Below, piece after piece: positions 1 to 9,431 of a stretch of 42,630 nt of DNA. The notes beneath the pieces are model-generated. The model was not told the origin of the DNA. It was given only the letters and a program-made list of their open reading frames with translations, and ran no database searches. The first letter of the stretch is position 1; each line of letters opens with the position of its first letter. Both the position numbers and the translations under genes were made by a program. The DNA is from Pseudonocardiaceae bacterium (lineage in GTDB: Bacteria > Actinomycetota > Actinomycetes > Mycobacteriales > Pseudonocardiaceae), in NCBI GenBank assembly GCA_025924655.1, contig JAICHZ010000001.1, positions 1-42,630 of the forward strand, read 5' to 3'.

Positions 1-288
1 ACTCGTGGCGCCGGTCACTGAATTAGACGCCGTGAACAGTCCGTTATCGATCGATTCGAGTGCGCGAACAATGCCGATCAAGAAGCCGATGACGACCACC
101 ACGACGATCAGCCCGAGCGTAGTGAAGATCCACAGAAACCGTGCGAAGGAATTCGCGAGCAGCGAGGGCGAATCGGTTACCGACGATGTAGAGACCCGGT
201 GCGCGCCAGCGCGCCACTGTCCGCCGGGTGTTGTCGCTGCTGAAGGTGGGTTGCCTGATCGTCGGCGTGCCAAGTATCGCTTTATCAT
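1..288 (-). CDS. hypothetical membrane protein, N-terminal part only (gene runs off the window start)
   Basis: It is absent from the ORF track because it has no stop in the window. A reverse-strand ATG at 288 is preceded by GGGAGGG (complement of 295-301) with a 6-nt spacer. The translation MIKRYLARRRSG...SLLANSFARFLWIFTTLGLIVVVVVIGFLIGIVRALESIDNG has one clear hydrophobic TM helix, and GC3 is high in that part. Confidence 0.4.
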   Translation of the reverse strand, partial: MIKRYLARRRSGNPPSAATTPGGQWRAGAHRVSTSSVTDSPSLLANSFARFLWIFTTLGLIVVVVVIGFLIGIVRALESIDNGLFTASNSVTGATS

Positions 289-474
289 TCTCGGCCCTCC
301 CAGCACGGCGTGTCGGCGGATTGATCAGATTCCAGGCGGACCCTAACATCGAGACAGCGAGGCGTCAGTTCAGCATTGATTAGCTGGTTGAGGCGGTTTG
401 CCCGGTTCGGTCTTAAAGTTTCTACTGGTGACAATGTTGCTATCAAGTCACCGTTGCGTTGGCTGCGTCTACCT

Positions 475-1092
475 TTATGCGGTCAGACTCCGGTCCGCAG
501 CCCCTTGCGACGATGGGCTTCGCTCCATGGGTGGCCAGCCAGGGTGCGCGACGGCGACACCGTGGCGTTTCGCCGCGTCCAGGATCCGCTCGTCGTAGCT
601 GACCATGGAGCCGAGCGCTGGCCCGAGGCGCAACGCCGAAGCCAGGTGCACCGCGTCCAGGCTGCGCAGCTCCGCCGGGTCTAGCCGGGCCGCCTCGTCA
701 GCAAGGGACACGTCGAGCTCGACTACCGACACTGCGGCGAGCAGGTCGAGCGCAAGGTGCGCCGCGTCCGGGTCGGTACGGGCGATCGCGCTCAGGACCT
801 CCGTGCGGGCGAGCACACTGGAAACCACTACCGGTTCGGGCTGCGCGCCGAGCCAGGCCTCAAGGTCCCCGCTCTCTGGCTCGTCGATCACGAGCCGCCA
901 CGTCCGTTCCGCGAAGCGGAGCTTGCCGGCAGCGATCAGTTCGGCGACCGTCACCCGTGACTCGGGCAACGGGACGAGCATCGCGATCGGCCGGCCGCGG
1001 TCGGTGATCTCTATCTGCTCGCCTGCACGTGCTCGCTCCAGGTAGCTGCTGAGCCGATCGCGCAGCTCTCGGACACCAACGTGCACTGTCAT
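475..1092 (-). CDS. Phd/YefM-type antitoxin domain fused in frame to a PIN (VapC-like) domain
   Basis: This is ORF 475..1149, with the likely start at Met20 (1092). The N-terminus MTVHVGVRELRDRLSSYLERARAGEQIEITDRGRPIAMLVPLPE is Phd/YefM-like. It runs without a stop into PIN-like sequence (IDEPESGDLEAWL, LRSLDAVHLASAL, MVSYDERILDAAKRHGVAV). Confidence 0.7.
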   Translation of the reverse strand: MTVHVGVRELRDRLSSYLERARAGEQIEITDRGRPIAMLVPLPESRVTVAELIAAGKLRFAERTWRLVIDEPESGDLEAWLGAQPEPVVVSSVLARTEVLSAIARTDPDAAHLALDLLAAVSVVELDVSLADEAARLDPAELRSLDAVHLASALRLGPALGSMVSYDERILDAAKRHGVAVAHPGWPPMERSPSSQGAADRSLTA

Positions 1093-1129
1093 GGACTGGT
1101 CCCGCGCTACGTGCCAGCGGTGGTACCAT

Positions 1130-1354
1130 ATGTGCGTGGAAAAGACCACCGTCTACTTTCCTGCGGAGCTCAAGCGCGCGGTGAGCCGGTATGCGAGCCG
1201 TCGCGGAATTTCCGAGGCCGAGGTCATCCGCCAAGCTGTGGCAGATGCGGTGGCTGACGACGACATCCCCCGCCCTCGCAGCGCGCTGTTCTCCAGTGAC
1301 GTGCTGATGGCCGACGATGTCGACGCGCATCTCGACGGTTTCGGCCTGCAGTGA
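1130..1354 (+). CDS. vapB: ribbon-helix-helix (CopG/VapB-type) antitoxin
   Basis: This is ORF 1091..1354, with the start taken at Met14 (1130). TTVYFPAELKRAVSRYASRRGISEAEVIRQAV is a typical RHH antitoxin N-terminus. The stop overlaps the GTG start of the downstream PIN gene. Confidence 0.75.
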   Translation: MCVEKTTVYFPAELKRAVSRYASRRGISEAEVIRQAVADAVADDDIPRPRSALFSSDVLMADDVDAHLDGFGLQ

Positions 1355-1761
1355 TCATCGCTGATACCAGTGGCCTACTCGCGTCATTCAACGATCGAGA
1401 GCCCCAGCACGAACGGGCTCGCCGCTGCCTGGACGAGACCACCGAGGCGCTGGTGGTCTCACCTTACGTCTTGGCCGAGTTGGATTACCTGATCAGCACC
1501 AGGATCGGAGTAGCGGCCGAACTCGCCGTGCTCCGTGAACTCGCATCTCCGGCATACGAGCTCGCGATGATGAGCGCCGCAGATCTCGGTACGGCAGCCG
1601 ATATCGTCGAGCGCTACCACGAATCGAACATCGGTCTCACCGATGCGTCACTGGTCGTGCTAGCCGGCCGCTATCGCACCCACCGGATCCTGACCCTCGA
1701 TCATCGACACTTCCACGCGCTTCGCGCGCTCGACGGGGAACGCTTCGAGCTGTGCCCCTGA
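1351..1761 (+). CDS. vapC: PIN-domain ribonuclease toxin VapC
   Basis: The protein has 136 aa. IIADTSGLL carries the first PIN Asp, followed by LAELDYL, GLTDASLVVLA and ILTLDHRHF. Its start overlaps the vapB stop by 4 nt. Confidence 0.9.
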   Translation: MIIADTSGLLASFNDREPQHERARRCLDETTEALVVSPYVLAELDYLISTRIGVAAELAVLRELASPAYELAMMSAADLGTAADIVERYHESNIGLTDASLVVLAGRYRTHRILTLDHRHFHALRALDGERFELCP

Positions 1762-1940
1762 CCGCACGGCTAACGGCGGCCCAACGACCTGCCATGATCG
1801 CCGCAATTGAGTGATGGCCGTGCAATTCTGCACGGTAACCCCTCACTGTTCGCGATCTTGAAAAATGCGGGCCCCGCGACACCTACTGACCGATCGGCTA
1901 GTCGGTGCGTCGTGGCGTTTAGGCAGTTAGCCTGCGAATC

Positions 1941-2390
1941 ATGAGCCGGCCTTGGGACCCAACCGCCACCGGTGTCCTGCACTTGCCGTCCGGTCGGCTT
2001 GTCCGAGGGCGCGGCCTCCGGCACCCGCTGCCGTCCGGGCCGAAGCCGGACTTCGGGGTGTACCTCCTCGGCAAAGCACCGGCCTTGCCGGAGTGGGAAG
2101 CGCGCTGGGTGCGCTGGCCGGACTTCCGGTTGCCGGTAGACCGCGAAGACGCCGCCGCCGCACTGTTCGAGGCCTGGCGCAGAGCGGAGACCGACCGGGT
2201 GGAAGTTGCCTGCGGTGCCGGTCTAGGGCGCACCGGGACGGCTCTGGCCTGCATCGCGGTGCTCGACGGGGTAGCTGCACCACAGGCAGTGGCGTACGTA
2301 CGAGAGCTCTACGACCCCCGCGCGGTAGAGACACCTTGGCAGCGGCAGTACGTCGAGCGCTTCCTCACCACGCACGGTAGTCGCCGTTAG
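1941..2390 (+). CDS. protein-tyrosine/dual-specificity phosphatase-like protein
   Basis: A CX5R P-loop, VACGAGLGRTG (Cys91-Arg97, nt 2211-2231), sits in a 149-aa protein. Confidence 0.7.
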   Translation: MSRPWDPTATGVLHLPSGRLVRGRGLRHPLPSGPKPDFGVYLLGKAPALPEWEARWVRWPDFRLPVDREDAAAALFEAWRRAETDRVEVACGAGLGRTGTALACIAVLDGVAAPQAVAYVRELYDPRAVETPWQRQYVERFLTTHGSRR

Positions 2391-2506
2391 AGCGCGTCGA
2401 CCTCCCCGCTCATGCGCAACACGTGCTAGGCCAGAGTCAGCCGAGCTAACACGATCGGGTAGTTGGATCGATCGGATACTCTCGCGGCCCCGACCTTGGA
2501 GCGTCC

Positions 2507-2998
2507 ATGACAACGAACGGCGAACTGGGCAGCTACCTCAACGACCACCTGGGCGGCGCTCACGCCGGCGTGGAGATGGCTCGCCAACTGCAAGATGAGA
2601 TCCAAGGAGAAGCCGAGGCGGAGGTCCTTGGCCGGTTGGCGGAGGAGATCGAAGAGGACCTCGACACGCTGCAGGCTCTGGTGGACACGATCGGAAGCAC
2701 GAGGCATCCGATCAAGCAGGCTGCGGGCTGGGTTGCGGAGAAGGCTCACCGATTGGGAGTGGCTGAGGCCCGCACCGGGAGTCCGCACCTGACCCGGTTG
2801 CTGCAGGCCGAGAGTCTCTCACTGGGCGTGGAAGGCAAAGTCAGCCTCTGGCGGGCGCTCATCGAGGTGGCACCCTCAGATCCGCAGCTCGCCGCCGTAG
2901 ACTTCCAAAGACTCGTCGACCGCGCCCTAGACCAGCGCCGCAGGCTTGAGGTGGTGCGCCTGGCCGCCGCCCGGCGGGCCTTCGCGACGGCCGACTAG
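2507..2998 (+). CDS. hypothetical helical protein
   Basis: This is a clean 163-aa ORF with high GC3. I recognise no motif. Antisense ORFs here are Arg/Ser-rich artefacts. Confidence 0.6.
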   Translation: MTTNGELGSYLNDHLGGAHAGVEMARQLQDEIQGEAEAEVLGRLAEEIEEDLDTLQALVDTIGSTRHPIKQAAGWVAEKAHRLGVAEARTGSPHLTRLLQAESLSLGVEGKVSLWRALIEVAPSDPQLAAVDFQRLVDRALDQRRRLEVVRLAAARRAFATAD

Positions 2999-3150
2999 AC
3001 ACCGGGACTCAACACCCGCAGAAGCACGCGCGGACCACGTTCTCTCGCTCGTAGCCTGATCAGCGTATCCGTCGTCACAGTGCTTGACGCGCGGCCGGTC
3101 CAGGGGCATCCTCAAGATATTCAACGAGTGATGAAAACAGGGTGATCTGG

Positions 3151-4422
3151 ATGACCGAGCGCACGGGCTGCGTGGTCGTCGGTGGCGGCCCGGCCGGCAT
3201 GGTGACAGGGCTGCTATTGGCCAGGGCCGGGGTCGAGGTGACGGTGCTGGAGAAGCACCCCGACTTCCTGCGAGACTTCCGCGGCGACACGGTGCACCCA
3301 TCAACGCTGACGCTGCTCGACGAGCTGGGGCTGGGCGAGAAGTTCGACGCCGTGCCGCACAGCGAGCTCACCGCCGCCGGGTTCCCCACCGACGACGGCG
3401 GCATGATGAAGCTGGCCGACATGACCCGGCTGAAGGTGGCGCACCCGTACATCGCAATGGTGCCGCAGTGGGACTTCCTCGACCTGCTCGCCGACAGCGC
3501 CGGCAAGGAAAAGACATTCACGTTGCGGATGGAGACCGAGTTGACCGGCCTGATCCGCGAAGGCGGCCGGGTCGCTGGGATCCGCTACAAGACGGCTGAG
3601 GGCACCGCGGGTGAGCTCCGCACAGACCTCGTCATAGCGGCAGACGGCCGCTGGTCGCTGGCCCGGCGCGAGGCGGGCCTGGAGCCCAAGGAGTACGACT
3701 GCCCCTTCGACGTCTGGTGGTTCCGGCTTTCCCGCCACGGCGACGAAGGCGGAGGCACGCTCACCCCGCGGCTGCGCAATCGCCGGTTCGCCGTGCCGCT
3801 GCCGCGCACCGGCTACTTCCAGATCGCCTACCTCGCACCGAAGGGCGCCGACCTCCGCAAGGACGGCATCGAGGCGTTCCGCGCCAACGTGACCGAGGTC
3901 TGCCCCGAGTTCGCCGATCGGGTGCACGAGCTGGAGACGATGGACGACGTCAAGTTCCTCGACGTGCGGCTGAATCTGCTAAGCGAGTGGCACATCGACG
4001 GTCTGCTCTGCATCGGCGACGCGGCGCACGCCATGTCGCCGGTCGGCGGGGTGGGAATCAACCTGGCGGTGCAGGACGCCGTCGCCGCTGCAACGCTGCT
4101 GGCGGAGCCGCTTCGCCGTGGCCGGCCGACGCCGGCCGATCTGGCGACGATCCGGTCGCGCCGCCTGCTGCCCACGATGCTGGTGCAGGGGCTACAGCGG
4201 GTCCTGCACCGGGCCGTGATGCGCCCGGTAATGGAGGGCAAGCGCAACGGACCACCCCCAGCGATGATCAAACTGTTCGCGCGGTTCCCGCAGCTGTCAT
4301 ACATCCCGGCCCGGCTGCTCGGCCTCGGCTTCCGGCCCGAACACGCCCCAGCCTTCGCGCGCCGCGCGATGGAGCGAGTCGACTCCTCCCACCAACGCCC
4401 TGGCACGGCAGCGCTCGGGTGA
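3151..4422 (+). CDS. FAD-dependent monooxygenase/oxidoreductase (UbiH/PHBH-like)
   Basis: GGGPAGMVTGLLLARAGVEVTVLEK is a Rossmann GxGxxG motif with its acidic residue. GDAAHAMSPVGGVGINLAVQDA is the FAD-contact motif. The start could be GTG 3142 or ATG 3151. Confidence 0.85.
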   Translation: MTERTGCVVVGGGPAGMVTGLLLARAGVEVTVLEKHPDFLRDFRGDTVHPSTLTLLDELGLGEKFDAVPHSELTAAGFPTDDGGMMKLADMTRLKVAHPYIAMVPQWDFLDLLADSAGKEKTFTLRMETELTGLIREGGRVAGIRYKTAEGTAGELRTDLVIAADGRWSLARREAGLEPKEYDCPFDVWWFRLSRHGDEGGGTLTPRLRNRRFAVPLPRTGYFQIAYLAPKGADLRKDGIEAFRANVTEVCPEFADRVHELETMDDVKFLDVRLNLLSEWHIDGLLCIGDAAHAMSPVGGVGINLAVQDAVAAATLLAEPLRRGRPTPADLATIRSRRLLPTMLVQGLQRVLHRAVMRPVMEGKRNGPPPAMIKLFARFPQLSYIPARLLGLGFRPEHAPAFARRAMERVDSSHQRPGTAALG

Positions 4423-4470
4423 TCATTCGGCGCTGCTGACGCGGTCGCGGAGCCAAGCTCCCACCGCGCC

Positions 4471-5112
4471 TTAGAGCGTCGTGGCCTTGCCAGGCTCCAG
4501 CACCCGCACCGACGTCTCTTGCGGACCGAGGTTGTCGAGTAGCCGGTAATGGAGCTGTTGGCCCGGCGTGGACAGAACCGCCTGGTGGATCGGCACCGCG
4601 GTGCGCGGCACCACCGCGCGCAGGTAGTCGATCACCTCGGCGATTCTGAGCCACGGCGCCGACGTCGGCACGAACAGCACATCCACCTGAGTCGACGGCG
4701 GCGTGAACGAGTCTCCGGGGTGCAGGTGCGTGCCGTCGACCAGGTAGGCGTTGTTCGGGATCACCGGGACATCCGGGTGAATCACCGCGTGGTCGCCGCC
4801 CAGCACCTCGACTTGCGCCCCAGCCACCTGGAGTGTCTCGCCGGGTGCGGCGACCTCGTGATCGTGGTCACTGAGCTCCGCGGCGCTGCCGGAATCGACG
4901 ATCAGCCGAGCGCCCGGATTTCCGTGCAGTAACGCGGGCAGGCGCGCACCGTCGAGGTGGTCAACGTGTTGGTGAGTGATCAAAACGGCGTCCAGGCCAG
5001 TCAGGTCTTCGAACCCTTCACACCAGGTGCCCGGGTCGATCAACAACCGCGCCGAGCCCGTGTCGAGCAGCACGCAGGAATGGCCAAAGTGGGTGATCTC
5101 CACGACACCCAC
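4471..5112 (-). CDS. MBL-fold metallo-hydrolase
   Basis: The protein has 213 aa and carries HxHxDH as ITHQHVDHLD. The N-terminus EITHFGHSCVLLD is typical of the family. Confidence 0.85.
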   Translation of the reverse strand: MGVVEITHFGHSCVLLDTGSARLLIDPGTWCEGFEDLTGLDAVLITHQHVDHLDGARLPALLHGNPGARLIVDSGSAAELSDHDHEVAAPGETLQVAGAQVEVLGGDHAVIHPDVPVIPNNAYLVDGTHLHPGDSFTPPSTQVDVLFVPTSAPWLRIAEVIDYLRAVVPRTAVPIHQAVLSTPGQQLHYRLLDNLGPQETSVRVLEPGKATTL

Positions 5113-5168
5113 TGTCCTCCCATCTTCCGCTACCCGCCATTCACTTGCGGTGAGCGCTGATCTGGGAG

Positions 5169-6803
5169 TCAGGCGGTCTTGAGTTCGGGTTGGACCGCTA
5201 CTTCGTGCTCGTCGGCCGCCACGGCGGCAGCGACTCGGTGGCTGGGCATGCTGAGCCAGACCGCCACATAACAGATCACCAGGCTAAACGCGGCCACCAA
5301 ACCCAGGTCGACCCACTCAGGAATGAGTTTCGTTCCGCCGTATTGCCCGAAATAGGAGATCACTGTCAGGCCGGCGAACCACGGAAGAATCCACACCAAT
5401 GATCGCGGGTCCAGAGGCGGTCGCTCGAACGGGCGGCCCAGCGCGTAGGAGATCCCGAATATCACGTAACCTGCGGCGATGGCCAGCATCAGCTTCTCCA
5501 CCGTGGACCAGGACGTCCAGTAGATGATCTCATTCGCGGCGATGAACGCCAGCGGCGCCACGACCGTGGCGGCCGGCACCCGGTACGGGCGGGTGCGGCC
5601 GGCATCAGCCCTACGCAGCGCCAGCAATGTGATCGGTGCGAACGCATACATGATCACTGTCGCCGAGGTGACCAAAGAGACCAGGCTGTGCCAGCTCGGG
5701 AACGGCAGAAAACAGATCAGACCCATGACGAAGGCGAGAATGATCGAGGTGTACGGAACACCACGACTGCTGATCTGGCTGACGCCCTTGGGAATGTAGC
5801 CGGCGTGGCCCAGCGCGTAGGACAGCCGCGCGGAGGTGCCTACATAAATAAGGCCGGTGCCCGCCGGTGAGACGAACGCATCGATATACAGGATGACCGC
5901 CAGCCAGCCCAGACCCAGACCGGTGGCCAGCGTCGCGTACGGCCCGAAGTCACCCTTGCCCACCGGGTTCGCCCACCCCTGCGCGAGATTGCCGGGGTTC
6001 AACGCGCCGATGAAGGCGACCTCCAGGGCCAGGTACAGTACGGTGCCCACGACCACCGCGCCGATCACGGCACGGGGAACGTTACGTTGCGGATCACGCG
6101 CCTCGCCAGCCAGCTGCGCCGCTTGCTCGAAGCCCTGCAGCGCGAACACGACACCCAGCGGTAGGGCCGCAAGCACGCCATGGGCGCCGTAGGGTGCAAA
6201 GCCGCCACCGGCGGTGAAGTTGGAAGCCTGGAACGACACCAGGATCAAGACCACGATCGTCAGTATCGGTACCGCGACCTTCCAGAGCACCGCGATCCTG
6301 TTGCTCTCCGCCAGCCACCGCACCCCGAGGATGTTGATGATGGTGAAGAGCAACATCAGCGCGGTGGCCGCACCCAAACCCATGGGTGTGAGCGCACCCA
6401 CATCGTTGATCAGTCCATGCCATTTGTGGTCCAGGTAGCTAAGCGCCGCCTCCACTTCGATCGGAGCGATCGTCACGGCCTGAAGCCAGGCCACCCAGCC
6501 GGCCGTGAACCCACCGAGCGAGCCGAACGCCAACCGTGGCCAGCGCCCCGTGCCCCCAGCGAGTGGGTACGCCGCACCGAGCTCCGAGTGCACCAGCGCC
6601 AGCAGCACGATGATCACACCGGCTAACAGCCAGGACACGATCGACGCCCCACCCGCCGACGTGGCTGCCGTCAACGCTCCCAGCAGCCAGCCCGAACCGA
6701 TGATCGAGCCCAGCGAAACGAACATCAGGGCCATCAAACCGACATCGCGCCGGAAGCCGGGCTGCCTACCAAGCGCCGCCTGCTGCGCGGACGTCTGCGC
6801 CAT
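5169..6803 (-). CDS. APC-superfamily amino acid/polyamine permease
   Basis: The product is long and very hydrophobic with multiple TM segments, and has APC-like stretches (FVSLGSIIGSGWLLG, FALQGFEQAAQLAGEARDPQRNVPRA). The start is taken at Met41 of ORF 5169..6923, because the upstream 40 aa look non-native. Confidence 0.85.
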   Translation of the reverse strand: MAQTSAQQAALGRQPGFRRDVGLMALMFVSLGSIIGSGWLLGALTAATSAGGASIVSWLLAGVIIVLLALVHSELGAAYPLAGGTGRWPRLAFGSLGGFTAGWVAWLQAVTIAPIEVEAALSYLDHKWHGLINDVGALTPMGLGAATALMLLFTIINILGVRWLAESNRIAVLWKVAVPILTIVVLILVSFQASNFTAGGGFAPYGAHGVLAALPLGVVFALQGFEQAAQLAGEARDPQRNVPRAVIGAVVVGTVLYLALEVAFIGALNPGNLAQGWANPVGKGDFGPYATLATGLGLGWLAVILYIDAFVSPAGTGLIYVGTSARLSYALGHAGYIPKGVSQISSRGVPYTSIILAFVMGLICFLPFPSWHSLVSLVTSATVIMYAFAPITLLALRRADAGRTRPYRVPAATVVAPLAFIAANEIIYWTSWSTVEKLMLAIAAGYVIFGISYALGRPFERPPLDPRSLVWILPWFAGLTVISYFGQYGGTKLIPEWVDLGLVAAFSLVICYVAVWLSMPSHRVAAAVAADEHEVAVQPELKTA

Positions 6804-7043
6804 GAACCGTCCTCCTCCGCACATCAGCCCGCTCCCGAACGGACATACCAACTTCACCCGTATCGTCTGCTCAAGATCGAGCTGGCCCAATCGACCACAT
6901 GGGTACATCCCACGCCATTGCACGATCAGATCTACACATCGGGTCGACAGCGAGCAGTCAGCGACCGGCTCGTCACACCTCGCCGTCTCACCAGATTTCG
7001 GTCGCCGACGGGGTGGTCGTCGTGCAGACTGGCGGGCGTATCG

Positions 7044-7896
7044 ATGAGGAGTTTTGTCGTGGATGTCTTGATCAGCGGCGCGGGCCTTGGCGGGCTGTCG
7101 GCGGCGTTGAGCTGCATGCGGCGGGCATCGAGGTGCGAGTCGTTGAGGTTGCTCGGGAGCTGTGGGCGCTCGGTGTCGGCATCAACATCCTTCCGCACGC
7201 CACCCGTGAGCTGGTCGAGCTGGGGCTGGCCGACGAACTGGCGGCCACCGGCATCCCGACCGAAGCGCTGATCTCTCACGACCGCTTCGGTAGCCGGCCT
7301 CCAGGGCCGCCGAGCAGCGGGGCCGATCTCTGGTGAACTGGGGGGTCGGGGTACGGCTAGATCAACCTACCCACGCCCCGCTGGGAAATTGGCACCACCT
7401 GGGCGGGTTAACCGACGTGTTGCCGCACGTGGCTGACCGAAGCTTGGACTGGCTCGACGTGCTAGCACTGGTGCGAGGCGCACCGAGGATTTGGGAATAT
7501 CCGATGGTGGACCGGGATCCCTTACCGAACTGAGGAACGGGTCGGGTCAATCTGCTTGGCGACGCCGCGCATCCGATGTACCCGTTCGGCTCCAACGGAG
7601 GCACCCAGGCGATCATCGACGGTCGGGTGCTGGCCTGGGAGCTGGCCCGCGCCGACGATCCGGTGGCCGGGCTCGCCGCCTACGAGCACGCCCACCGAGA
7701 GCGAATGAACGCATTGGTGCTGTCCAACCGGCAAGGAGGGCCCGAGCAGGTGCTGCAGCTGGTCGAGCAACGCGCACCGAACGGCTTCACCAGAATCGAA
7801 GACGTGATGACCGACGACGAACTCGACTCGATCGCAATGCAGTACCTAAAGACGGCCGGGTTCGAGACCGAAGCGCTCAACACTCAACCATCATGA
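7044..7896 (+). pseudogene. FAD-dependent (salicylate-hydroxylase-like) monooxygenase pseudogene
   Basis: The N-terminus VDVLISGAGLGGLSAAL lies in frame 3. It shifts near 7109 to frame 2 (LHAAGIEVRVVEVARELWALGVGINILPHATRELVELGL). The middle of the gene is missing. The C-terminal part lies in frame 1 ([42 protein letters not shown]), with an in-frame TGA at 7531-7533 where homologues have Trp. Confidence 0.75.
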
Positions 7897-7913
7897 GAAG
7901 TCACCAAACCGGC

Positions 7914-8114
7914 CTAACAGCGCACGGCGTCCTCCAGCACCGTCACCTTCACTCCGTGTTCGGCCAGCCAGTCATGGCCGCCGTGGAAGGTCGCCGACTC
8001 ACCGATCACCACCTGCCCGATGCCGAACTGCCGTACCAGCCCCGAGCAGTACCAGCACGGCGACAGCGTGGTGACCATGCTCAGCTCATTGCTGGCAGGC
8101 TGGATCGTGTTCAC
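7914..8114 (-). pseudogene. cytidine/cytosine-deaminase-family fragment (C-terminal third only)
   Basis: The 66-aa ORF has the PCxxC zinc motif (TTLSPCWYCSGLVRQFGIGQVVIGE). It lacks the upstream H(A/C)E motif and about 85 aa of a normal deaminase. Confidence 0.55.
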
Positions 8115-8600
8115 CTGCAGCCGGGTCGCCTGTTCACGGCGAACACCCGTCGGAGATGATCATGAGAACGGGATCTACGGTAGCCACCGCGCCTGGGCAT
8201 TGCCGTTACTCGGTCATATCCTGTCGCTGTTGCGAAGCCCGCTGCGGTTTTTAACCTCCTTGTCTGCCCACGGTCACCTGGTGCGTATCCGGATCGGCCC
8301 CATCGAAGGGATCGTGGTGTGCACGTCGGAGCTGGTCCGCCACGTCCTGTTCAATGACCGCATCTTCGACAGGGACGGACCTTTCTTTGACCGGAACCGA
8401 GAGGCGTTCGGTGATGGTCTGGCCACCTGCCCGCACCGCTTACATCGGCGGCAGCGTCGCCTGGCCCAGCCCGCCTTCCACACGGCCCGGCTACCTGGTT
8501 ACGCGCAGGTAATGCCCAAACATATCGACGAGGTGACCGGTTCCTGGCAGGATGGCCAGATCCTCGACGTGCTGTCCGAGATGATGACATTAACTGCCCG

Positions 8601-9431
8601 GAGGCTAATTCACAAGCTTCATTAGGTAGTGGGCTTCGGAGAAGCCTGACGGTTCCTTGGATGGATGTCAGCTTACAATTTCCGCACAATCTGCGGATGG
8701 CGCGTGTCATGTTTGAGGGGCAACGGCCCCCGTCGTTTTGTTTCGTTGTCGGCCAGACAGCGAAAGCAAAACGGAGGAGCCGTTGCGGTATGAGGCTATG
8801 ACAGGACTCAGCGCGGAGCAACTCACCGAGTTGGTGGCCCGAGTGCACACCGCCCGCGGTAGCGGATTCACCTCGGTTGGCCGCGCGTACGCGTGGGCCT
8901 GTTCGGCTCGGTGGCGCTGGCCGTGTGTTTGATGCGCAAGAACGTCACCCAGGCCTTCGCCGGTGCGATCGTCGATGTCAGCCAAGCCACCGTGAGCCGG
9001 CGATGGGACCTGCTGCGCCCGCTGATCGCCCAGGTACTCGCGGAGTTCGTGCCCCACCCCAGCGAGGTCGTCGGTGCGGGAACGGTACTGGTAGACGGCA
9101 CGATCTGCCCCACCTGGGACTGTCCCGACATCCCCGATCTGTACTCGGCAAAGGCCGGATATGCCGGGATGAACATCCAGATCGCGGCCACGCTGAGTGG
9201 GCGTCTGGCCGCGGTGGGCCCGATCCCGGTGCACGGCGCCCGCCACGACGCCCACGCTTTCGCCGCCTGTGGCAAAATCCGGGCCGCTGTCGAGCACGCC
9301 ATCCCACACCTTAAGACTTGGCGAATGCTCAGCGAGGAAGGCGGCCGGTACCGCGCACCCATACAAAAATATCAAAGCATGCTCAAAGCCGTCATCGGCC
9401 TATACTTCTTCGCGGCTTGTGAATAAACCTC
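8601..9431 (+). mobile_element. defective IS5-like insertion sequence (DDE_Tnp_4-type transposase)
   Basis: Its 17-bp terminal inverted repeats match at 15/17 positions: GAGGCTAATTCACAAGC (8601-8617) versus the reverse complement of 9415-9431 (GAGGTTTATTCACAAGC). They are flanked by a direct CCG repeat (8598-8600 and 9432-9434). Removing the element plus one CCG restores the P450 frame. Confidence 0.8.
8798..9426 (+). pseudogene. IS transposase, frameshifted and internally deleted
   Basis: MTGLSAEQLTELVARV... lies in one frame (ORF 8738..8932). It continues in another (ORF 8893..9426: LMRKNVTQAFAGAIVDVSQATVSRRW, VLVDGTICPTWD, HGARHDAHAF, RAAVEHAIPHLKTWRML). The stretch between the HD motif and the RAxVE motif is much shorter than I expect for this family. 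Confidence 0.7.

Noticed and set aside
7531-7533. I considered the in-frame TGA in the monooxygenase as possible selenocysteine or recoding.
   Set aside because: It replaces a conserved Trp (a one-base change from TGG). The gene also has a frameshift and a large deletion, and I see no SECIS-like hairpin directly downstream. A nonsense mutation in a pseudogene is the simpler explanation.
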